DNA of 26,162 nucleotides from a virus (Duplodnaviria; Heunggongvirae; Uroviricota; Caudoviricetes): IMG/VR virus record IMGVR_UViG_3300028965_000026; one strand, 5' to 3'. Shown piece by piece: positions 1 to 5,648 of this stretch (position 1 is its first letter; each line of letters starts with the position of its first letter). The notes under the pieces were generated by a model. It saw only the letters and a program-made list of their open reading frames with translations, ran no database searches and was not told where the DNA came from. The position numbers and the translations under genes were made by a program.

Positions 1-1
1 A

Positions 2-550
2 GACGAAAAACAGGATGTAGTTTTAGTCCGGCAAATACCACGATATCTTTGCGTGAGTTTTCCCAAGGCAGAATTGATGGGCATCCTGATTGATTATCTT
101 TGTGAGGAAAAGATTCATACGGACAATTTAGCGGAAATGCTTTCCTTTTCGTGTCTGGCGTTTTTCTCATCAGAGAAAATGTTTTCGTCGTTTCTGACCG
201 CGTGTATTGGCAATATTAGTGACAGGCTTAGTGCATTGTTTCGTACGGACATTGCAGCAAACTGGACTCTGAGAGATGTGTCTTCGCGGTTATGTATCAG
301 TGAAAGTTTGTTAAAAAAAAGACTGAAAGAAGAAGGCACCTGTTTCAGTGAGTTGTTGCTTACAGAGAGAATGAGAATGGCAGCAATGCTGTTGAATCAA
401 TCTCGTTGCGCCATCAACAGAATCGCTGCTCAGTGCGGCTATAATTTTACATCTTATTTTATCAGCGTATTCAGGAGTTATTTTGGTGTTACACCGGCAG
501 GTTACAGGATGGCTGCATTCAATGAGATGAGTTCTGGCTCCGCGCAATAA
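2..550 (+). CDS. AraC/XylS-family transcriptional regulator, C-terminal portion (5' end lies upstream of the window)
   Basis: Reading frame is open from the window edge with no in-frame stop before position 53. The C-terminal ~100 aa has the twin helix-turn-helix layout of AraC-family regulators (WTLRDVSSRLCISESLLKKRLKEEG ... IAAQCGYNFTSYFISVFRSYFGVTPAGYR). Stop TAA at 548-550. AT-rich compared with the phage genes. Confidence 0.7.
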   Translation, partial: DEKQDVVLVRQIPRYLCVSFPKAELMGILIDYLCEEKIHTDNLAEMLSFSCLAFFSSEKMFSSFLTACIGNISDRLSALFRTDIAANWTLRDVSSRLCISESLLKKRLKEEGTCFSELLLTERMRMAAMLLNQSRCAINRIAAQCGYNFTSYFISVFRSYFGVTPAGYRMAAFNEMSSGSAQ

Positions 551-840
551 TAACTGAATTTTGCAGTCATTGTATGCAGGCACGTTTTGGGGGCATTATT
601 CTTTGTGTGCCAGGCATCCCTGGCAGCTCTGGAGAGAGGGTTCCCTGTTCAGTCTGATGGTGGCGAAGGACTGGTGAAGCGCAAGAGCGTAATGTGATTG
701 GTGTGGAACTGGAAGAATAGAGATTTAATCAGACTGTAACTGAAATAAAAAATAATCGTTAAATATGCATGTTGTTTTTTATAAAATTCAGAAATAATAA
801 AAATACATGCGTATATTTACGAATATTGACATGATTTTTA

Positions 841-868
841 TTGAAAAGCGAACTGGTATTATTAATAT
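841..868 (+). promoter_or_regulatory. Candidate sigma70 promoter upstream of the tRNA pair (TTGAAA, 16-bp spacer, TAATAT)
   Basis: TTGAAA at 841-846 and TAATAT at 863-868 in an AT-rich tract about 60 nt upstream of the first tRNA. Found by eye only. Confidence 0.25.
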
Positions 869-930
869 CAGCCTCCAGTTCCGGCGGGGATGTATAGCGT
901 GGTCATTTTTATTTCTCTTGAGGAACTAAT

Positions 931-1006
<76 letters not shown>

Positions 1007-1009
1007 TAT

Positions 1010-1084
<75 letters not shown>

Positions 1085-1448
1085 GATGTAAACTGACAAG
1101 GCGAAATTTTGGTACTGTTTTTTGGCACTGACACATTATATGTGGGATGTTTTCTGACTCCTTACCGCATCCTGTTCCGTAATGAAGGTGATTTGTTATG
1201 GTTCCAGTGCTGATTTTTTTACGATACCGGAATGGTGCATTATCGGTGGAGATTTTGTATTTCCTGGCAGGGTCGGTGATGCATCATTCCGGTGTTGTAA
1301 AATACACCGCAGGGGCGTTCCTCAGTGCGAGGGTGGTTTAAAGAGTGGGTTTAGCGGGAAACCACGGTATTCATGTAGAAGTGGATACTTCGGGAGGCAC
1401 CCGACACCTCTGGATACAATCAAAACATTGCGTTATTAATGCCATTTA

Positions 1449-1473
1449 CCGCCTCCACCAGGCGGTTTTTTTT
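1449..1473 (+). terminator. Intrinsic terminator (6-bp GC stem CCGCCT/AGGCGG, 5-nt loop, T8 tail)
   Basis: Perfect hairpin immediately followed by eight T residues. Confidence 0.7.
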
Positions 1474-1497
1474 ATTCTGAATTCAGTTTTTCCATGG

Positions 1498-1519
1498 CTC
1501 GCTACGGCGGGCTTTTTTT
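1498..1519 (+). terminator. Intrinsic terminator-like hairpin (GCTCGC/GCGGGC with one G-U pair, T7 tail)
   Basis: GC-rich stem with a 3-nt loop followed by seven T residues. Confidence 0.45.
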
Positions 1520-1600
1520 ATTTCCGCGTCACGCCCGGGGCATATCAAATAACACCACACAAAAGATATCTGCGGGTGCCTTTGACGGGGTGTTTTTTAC

Positions 1601-1622
1601 GGGCCGCTGGTGGCCCTTTTTT
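1601..1622 (+). terminator. Intrinsic terminator-like hairpin (GGGCC/GGCCC, 6-nt loop, T6 tail) about 20 nt upstream of the holin start
   Basis: Hairpin plus T-run directly before the RBS AGGAG (1629-1633) of the first lysis gene. Confidence 0.55.
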
Positions 1623-1641
1623 ATTTACAGGAGAAAAACGT

Positions 1642-2034
1642 ATGTCTGAACCCTTATCCGGTTCCGGCACGGCTGCGGCGCTCGGCGGGGCGACGGTATT
1701 CGGGCTGTTTACCGGAACGGATTTCGGGATTGTGTTTGGTGCGTTCGCCGGGGCGTTATTTGTGGCAACGATGCCGCAGGCGCTTTCAGCCTGGCGCGTG
1801 GCGGCGCATTTTCTGGTGTCGTTCATTATCGGCGTGCTGGGGGCAGAGGTTCTGGCATCCTGGCTGGTAAAGCATACAGAGTTTGACGGTGCACCTGTCG
1901 ACGCATTGTGTGCAGTACTGGTGTCAGTGGTGTCGGTGAAGATTCTCTCGTTCATCCACCAGCAGGATATCGCATCGCTGGTGTCAGGACTGTTCTCCCG
2001 CCTGCGAGGCGGAGGAGGCGGTAATGTTAAGTAA
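1642..2034 (+). CDS. Putative holin (multi-pass membrane protein, first gene of the lysis cassette)
   Basis: ATG at 1642 preceded by AGGAG at 8-nt spacing. 130-aa product with Gly/Ala-rich hydrophobic segments (GGATVFGLFTGTDFGIVFGAFAGALFVA ... FLVSFIIGVLGAEVLASWLV) and a charged C-terminal tail. Sits immediately upstream of the endolysin. The six-frame ORF from 1345 is an upstream extension with no RBS. Confidence 0.7.
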   Translation: MSEPLSGSGTAAALGGATVFGLFTGTDFGIVFGAFAGALFVATMPQALSAWRVAAHFLVSFIIGVLGAEVLASWLVKHTEFDGAPVDALCAVLVSVVSVKILSFIHQQDIASLVSGLFSRLRGGGGGNVK

Positions 2035-2299
2035 CCTTCCCGGATTGCTGAATGTGGCGTTATGCACGGTTATCGTGCTGACGCTCTTTTTTTATCGTCG
2101 CCGTGATTCCAGACATAAACCACTGGTGTCATGGCTGGCCTGGCTGCTGATGCTGCTGTATGCCTTTGCGCCCCTCAGCTATCTGTGTGGTCGCCCGTTA
2201 GCAACGGGCTGGCTGGAAGTGTTTTTTAACCTGCTGTTCTGCGTGCTGGTGATACGCGCGCGCGGGAACGTCACAAAAATCTTTCCATTGTTGAGGTGA
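2024..2299 (+). CDS. Small membrane protein of the lysis cassette (possible antiholin or second holin)
   Basis: ATG at 2024 overlaps the end of the preceding gene. 91 aa with two or three hydrophobic helices (LLNVALCTVIVLTLFFY, LAWLLMLLYAFAPL, VFFNLLFCVLVI). Translationally coupled between the holin and the endolysin. Confidence 0.6.
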   Translation: MLSNLPGLLNVALCTVIVLTLFFYRRRDSRHKPLVSWLAWLLMLLYAFAPLSYLCGRPLATGWLEVFFNLLFCVLVIRARGNVTKIFPLLR

Positions 2300-2301
2300 A
2301 T

Positions 2302-2679
2302 ATGTCGGGTAAATTCAGATTTAGTCGTCGCAGCGAAAAGAATCTGGAGGGCGTTAAACCACAGCTGGTTGCTGTCGTTCGCCGTGCGCTGGAGCTGACG
2401 GAGGTTGATTTCGGTATTACGGAAGGGCTGCGCACGAAAGAACGCCAGAAACAGCTGGTCGCGGAAGGGAAAAGCCAGACCATGAACAGCCGCCACCTGA
2501 CCGGTGATGCGGTGGATGTTGTTGCCTGGGTTGGCAGCCAGGTGTCATGGGACTGGCCTCTGTACGAGAAAATCGCACAGGCATTTAAGCAGGCTGCCGC
2601 AGAGCTGGGAACTGCCATCGAATGGGGCGGGGAGTGGAAAACTCTGAAAGACGGGCCTCACTTTCAGTTGAAACGATAA
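2302..2679 (+). CDS. Endolysin, peptidase M15 family (L-alanyl-D-glutamate endopeptidase, phage T5 type)
   Basis: Translation resembles T5-type endolysin as recalled (N-terminal FRFSRRSEKNLEGVKPQL ... RRALEL and the metal-binding SRHLTGDAVDV motif). GAGGTG RBS then ATG at 2302; the six-frame start at 2296 is GTG two codons upstream. Stop at 2677-2679. Confidence 0.85.
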   Translation: MSGKFRFSRRSEKNLEGVKPQLVAVVRRALELTEVDFGITEGLRTKERQKQLVAEGKSQTMNSRHLTGDAVDVVAWVGSQVSWDWPLYEKIAQAFKQAAAELGTAIEWGGEWKTLKDGPHFQLKR

Positions 2680-2690
2680 GCAAAACAAAA

Positions 2691-2720
2691 CCCCGGCTGC
2701 TGGAACAGTCCGGGGTTTTT
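2691..2720 (+). terminator. Intrinsic terminator after the endolysin (CCCCGG...CCGGGG hairpin, T5 tail)
   Basis: Hairpin CCCCGGCTGCTGGAACAGTCCGGGG followed by TTTTT. Confidence 0.6.
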
Positions 2721-2811
2721 AGTTTTCACGTCAAAGAGGAAATTGTGAGTAGTGAGTACGGAGAAAATCCTCGTGGGAAAGTATAAAAGATTCTTTTTGA
2801 GGTTGTCTATT

Positions 2812-2925
2812 ATGAAAGGTATTGAAGTGGAAACTCCCGCGAGCCTTGATTTGACAAGGGCTGCGGCCTTTGCAATTCGCCTTGTGGCGGTCGCTGTTCT
2901 GATTTGGGCTGTGCGTTGGTGGTGA
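2812..2925 (+). CDS. Hypothetical 37-aa single-pass membrane peptide
   Basis: ATG at 2812, product MKGIEVETPASLDLTRAAAFAIRLVAVAVLIWAVRWW with one C-terminal hydrophobic helix. Stop TGA at 2923-2925, one nucleotide before the ATG of the next gene. Below the six-frame track length cut-off. Confidence 0.35.
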   Translation: MKGIEVETPASLDLTRAAAFAIRLVAVAVLIWAVRWW

Positions 2926-2926
2926 T

Positions 2927-3109
2927 ATGACGCGAAAACACTGGACACACAGAATGCCGCGAACGGCGGCGAAATGGGCACTGGTAGCGATACTGGTGCC
3001 TTTTTTATTGGTGGGATGCGTCAGCCTGGATAAAGCGCGCCAGCTTTTCGATACTGCTTCTCAGGTCTGTGAAATTGTCGACGGTGTTCGGCAGTGTCTG
3101 CAGAACTGA
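2927..3109 (+). CDS. Small Cys-rich lipoprotein (lipobox LLVG-C); possible outer-membrane spanin analogue or exclusion lipoprotein
   Basis: 60 aa: basic N-terminus, hydrophobic core WALVAILVPFLLVG followed by Cys (signal peptidase II lipobox). The ~30-aa mature part has three Cys. Position directly downstream of the endolysin is typical of spanin genes. Confidence 0.5.
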   Translation: MTRKHWTHRMPRTAAKWALVAILVPFLLVGCVSLDKARQLFDTASQVCEIVDGVRQCLQN

Positions 3110-3280
3110 TCGCCTGTAAGAGCAGAATATTTTGCTGAAAAATGAAGAATGCGTCAGCGTCCGGAAAGCATGAAATTCTGTGTTTGTGGCTACTCAATAA
3201 AATAAATTCTTTCTGTCGCCGCGAATACTCAAATGTTGATCAGTGCCCGGTGCGGCGACGGGCTTCGATATCAGGAGACG

Positions 3281-3580
3281 ATGATGGAAAAAACAGAAAA
3301 CAAACCGATTGTAATTGGTGCTGATGCTGCTCCGTTTAAGTTTGAGTTGTCTCAACTGGTGGAGATGCGCATCAGTGATGAATGGGGCGAGGTTAAAGCC
3401 CGCGCGCAGTATGCGGATGGCGAAAACCAGTACTTGATCCACTACAAAGCAGCTGATGGTCGCGCCACGACGGAGTGGTTTGGTGAGTCAATGCTGGAAG
3501 CAACAGAAGATGATCGTCATCCTGGTTGTCCGGTATTTGCTGGTATGGAATTACCGGAAGGTGCGGTAGTTACTGAGTAA
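3281..3580 (+). CDS. Hypothetical acidic protein (about 98 aa), accessory gene
   Basis: AGGAG at 3273-3277, tandem ATGs at 3281 and 3284. Product MMEKTENKPIVIGADAAPFKFELSQLVEMRISDEWGEVKARAQYADGENQYLIHYK... has no signal peptide and no recognisable motif. Followed by a hairpin at 3592-3616. Confidence 0.6.
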   Translation: MMEKTENKPIVIGADAAPFKFELSQLVEMRISDEWGEVKARAQYADGENQYLIHYKAADGRATTEWFGESMLEATEDDRHPGCPVFAGMELPEGAVVTE

Positions 3581-3591
3581 CAGGCATTACA

Positions 3592-3630
3592 GCAGCCCTT
3601 CAGTGTGAGGGGCTGCGATAATGTTTTTGG
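3592..3630 (+). terminator. Terminator-like hairpin (GCAGCCC...GGGCTGC) with a downstream T-rich tract
   Basis: 7-bp GC stem with an 11-nt loop; the T-run begins about 6 nt after the stem (ATAATGTTTTTGGTTTTTGG). Confidence 0.35.
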
Positions 3631-3882
3631 TTTTTGGCTTTTATACCGCCACGGAAAGCAAGAGGGGAAATGTCTGAACCGAATTATGGGGTGATTAGGC
3701 ATTGCCGTTTCCTGCTGCGATATTTTTAAGTTATCGGAAGGTAGCTGTGGAGTGTTTGGTCGGAAGGCGTAACAAATTTCCGGGGAAGGGAAAGTATTAG
3801 TTTGAAAACTAATGTCCAATTAAACTCTAACATGCGTCCCTGTAAACAATAACAAGTAAGCAATCAGAGTCTTTCTAATTTA

Positions 3883-3907
3883 CGGGAGGATACTCCCGTA
3901 CTTTTTT
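3883..3907 (+). terminator. Intrinsic terminator-like hairpin (CGGGAG-GATA-CTCCCG, then TACTTTTTT)
   Basis: Perfect 6-bp stem with a tetraloop and T6 tail, about 120 nt upstream of the FaeG-like gene. Confidence 0.45.
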
Positions 3908-4024
3908 AAAGGCAACGTGAATTGCAACGTTTGTGATGTTTACGGGTAAACAGTAACGCTTTTGATATGAATGTTTTTATCTGGTTGCTGTTTTATTCAG
4001 TTAATGTTTATAGGGAATCTTTCA

Positions 4025-4795
4025 ATGAAAAAAACACTGATTGCGCTGGCAGTGGCAGCTTCTGCTGTGGTATCCGGTTCTGCGATGGCATGGACTGCAA
4101 ACGGTACGGGTGGTTCTATTGAGCTGGGCGGTACGCTGACTCCGGTTGAGAAAAACACTCCGTGGGAAGTAAAAACGGGTGATGCGGTAATTAACCTTGA
4201 TGCGCAGGTTCAGAAAGGGCAGAAGGTTGTTGAGGTTGTTGTAAACAAAGCAATTCCGGTTCTGGGGATTCGTACTGCCAGCACAACGCCATTCCAGGGA
4301 AAAGTAGGAATTTCTCCGCAGATTGACTATGGGACTGCTGTTGACGTTAATGCATTTAAAAATGGTCGTGCACCAGTCACTCTGGAAGTGAAGGATGATT
4401 CCAATGCTAAAATTGGCACGCTGACCACGTCTTTGGGAGCGTCTGCACTGGTTTCTATTAAAGGCCCGTGGAGTGGATATAACCATTCTTATTCTAATAG
4501 AGCTGGGCAGGGATTCTTTGGCGGCTTACCTAAAGATAAAGCAGGGGTTCCGAATAAAAACATTGCCTTTGATGTAATGCCTGAGGTAGCAGATCATTAT
4601 ACCTATCAGGGTGTTGGATCTTCTGAAGTTGATGTAACCACAAATTTTGCTAATACTAGAGCTACTTATAGTGGTTATTATGCAGCAGGTATCGAACAGG
4701 GCAAAATCATCAAAATCACTCTTGACACGGCTGTGGCTGGTGATTCCCAGATTCAGTGGAATGCATCCCTGCCGGTGACTGTTTCCTACATGTAA
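4025..4795 (+). CDS. Orphan fimbrial major-subunit-like protein, K88 (F4)/FaeG family; secreted (signal peptide)
   Basis: ATG at 4025 with RBS AGGGAA. Signal peptide MKKTLIALAVAASAVVSGSAMA, mature protein starts WTANGTGGSIELGG. Internal GFFGGLP and C-terminal ...QWNASLPVTVSYM (penultimate Tyr) match my recollection of FaeG (MKKTLIALAIAASAASGMAHA / ...WSAPLNVAITYY). The six-frame ORF from 3971 is an upstream extension. Gene is more AT-rich than the phage structural genes. Confidence 0.75.
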   Translation: MKKTLIALAVAASAVVSGSAMAWTANGTGGSIELGGTLTPVEKNTPWEVKTGDAVINLDAQVQKGQKVVEVVVNKAIPVLGIRTASTTPFQGKVGISPQIDYGTAVDVNAFKNGRAPVTLEVKDDSNAKIGTLTTSLGASALVSIKGPWSGYNHSYSNRAGQGFFGGLPKDKAGVPNKNIAFDVMPEVADHYTYQGVGSSEVDVTTNFANTRATYSGYYAAGIEQGKIIKITLDTAVAGDSQIQWNASLPVTVSYM

Positions 4796-4824
4796 TCTAA
4801 TGTCTGGTTAAATTGCTTAAACAA

Positions 4825-4860
4825 GCGGCAACGTATCATCGTTGCCGCTTTGTCGTTCTT
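4825..4860 (+). terminator. Intrinsic terminator after the FaeG-like gene (9-bp stem GCGGCAACG/CGTTGCCGC, T-rich tail)
   Basis: Hairpin at 4825-4848 followed by TTTGTCGTTCTTT. Confidence 0.55.
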
Positions 4861-4922
4861 TCCAGTAACACCATCAGCCCTCCTGAGTATGTAACTGCGA
4901 ATCATTCCCATTTTTACGGGTC

Positions 4923-5110
4923 CTTTCCAGAACCTGAAACACCGGGGGTCATAGCACGCGCAAAAACGCGCTATTTATGAAAATTTTCAGGGAACCATGT
5001 CCGGTTTCCCTACTGGTTAACTATATGAAAAATATAAAAACAAGCTTTTTGTGAACCGGACATGTACAAAAAACGAACATGCAAACCGGACATGGGCGGT
5101 TTTCTGATTG
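4923..5110. promoter_or_regulatory. cos region (lambda-like cosQ/cosN/cosB) immediately upstream of the terminase small-subunit gene
   Basis: TTTTACGGGTCCTTTCC ... GCGCTATTTATGAAAATTTTC aligns by eye with my recollection of the lambda genome ends (ACGGGTCCTTTCCGG ... cohesive end ... CGCTATTTATGAAAATTTTCCGG). Followed by three copies of AACCGGACATG and an AT-rich spacer, in the position of lambda cosB. Confidence 0.6.
5006..5104. repeat. Three 11-bp repeats AACCGGACATG (5006-5016 inverted; 5064-5074 and 5094-5104 direct): candidate terminase small-subunit binding sites (cosB R-elements)
   Basis: Exact 11-mer present three times within 100 bp between the cosN-like sequence and the Nu1-like start. 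The first copy is in opposite orientation, and an AT-rich tract (5031-5050) lies between copies 1 and 2. Confidence 0.5.
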
Positions 5111-5138
5111 TGAGGTGAGAGTTTTTGCGAGGTAAGTC

Positions 5139-5648
5139 GTGGCTACGCAGACTGAAGTTGCCAGGCATTTGAGTCTGACCGATCGCCAGCTTCGCAGATT
5201 GCAGAAATTGCCTGGTGCCCCGGTCTCGAATAAACGGGGGCATCATGACTTGGATGCCTGGCGTGATTTTTACATATCGTATCTGAGGAGAAGTAAAAAT
5301 GATGTGTCTGATGGTGATAGCGAAGAAGACTATGAAGAAAAATTACTTATCGCCAGATGGAAATTGACTGAAGAACAGGCAATAGCACAGCAATTAAAAA
5401 ATCAGGTAACTGAAGGCAGACTTATTGATTCAGGGTTTTGCGTTTTCGCTCTCAGCAAACTGGCGATGGCATTGTCCAGTACGCTTGATTCCATTCCTTT
5501 ATCCATGCAGCGACAGTTTCCGGATTTAACTCCGCGTCATATTGATCATCTGAAAACTCTTATCGCAAAGGGAGCGAATCAGTGCGCGCGGGCAGGGGAT
5601 AAATTACCGGAGTTACTCGATGAATATATCCGAATTACAGCTGAATAA
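5139..5648 (+). CDS. nu1: Terminase small subunit (lambda Nu1-like)
   Basis: GTG start with GAGGT RBS. C-terminal half aligns with lambda Nu1 as recalled (FCVFALSKLAMALSSTLDSIPLSMQRQFPDLTPRHIDHLK versus FCTFVLSRIAGEIASILDGLPLSVQRRFPELENRHVDFLK). 3' end overlaps the large-subunit start as in lambda. Confidence 0.9.
   Translation: MATQTEVARHLSLTDRQLRRLQKLPGAPVSNKRGHHDLDAWRDFYISYLRRSKNDVSDGDSEEDYEEKLLIARWKLTEEQAIAQQLKNQVTEGRLIDSGFCVFALSKLAMALSSTLDSIPLSMQRQFPDLTPRHIDHLKTLIAKGANQCARAGDKLPELLDEYIRITAE

Noticed and set aside
1106-1123. TGT-N12-ACA dyad resembling a P2 Ogr-type late-promoter activator site
   Set aside because: This degenerate pattern is expected several times by chance in 26 kb, no convincing -10 element sits at the right distance, and the downstream terminator array argues for antitermination control.
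1182-1641. ORF 1182-1439 and the N-terminal extension of ORF 1345-2034
   Set aside because: Cys/Arg-rich translations with no RBS, spanning the terminator array; the holin-like gene has a clear RBS and ATG at 1642.
3142-3324. 60-aa + strand ORF between the lipoprotein gene and the acidic-protein gene
   Set aside because: No RBS, overlaps the better-supported start at 3281-3284 in another frame, and the translation is Cys/Arg-rich with no features.
3517-3819. 100-aa minus-strand ORF in the AT-rich intergenic region
   Set aside because: Pro/Ser-rich low-complexity translation, no RBS, and it overlaps the 3' end of the + strand gene at 3281-3580; treated as non-coding.
3971-4024. Upstream extensions of six-frame ORFs (3971-4024 before the FaeG-like gene; also 12314-12445 and 14171-14464)
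   Set aside because: In each case an internal ATG with a good RBS begins a product matching the homologue N-terminus or a canonical signal peptide; the extensions cross terminators or overlap upstream genes out of frame.
3880-4930. Three occurrences of TTTACGGG (about 3880, 3940, 4923)
   Set aside because: A short 8-mer with only modest enrichment; the copies lie in different contexts (terminator stem, spacer, cosQ-like sequence) with no consistent flanks, so a shared function is unsupported.
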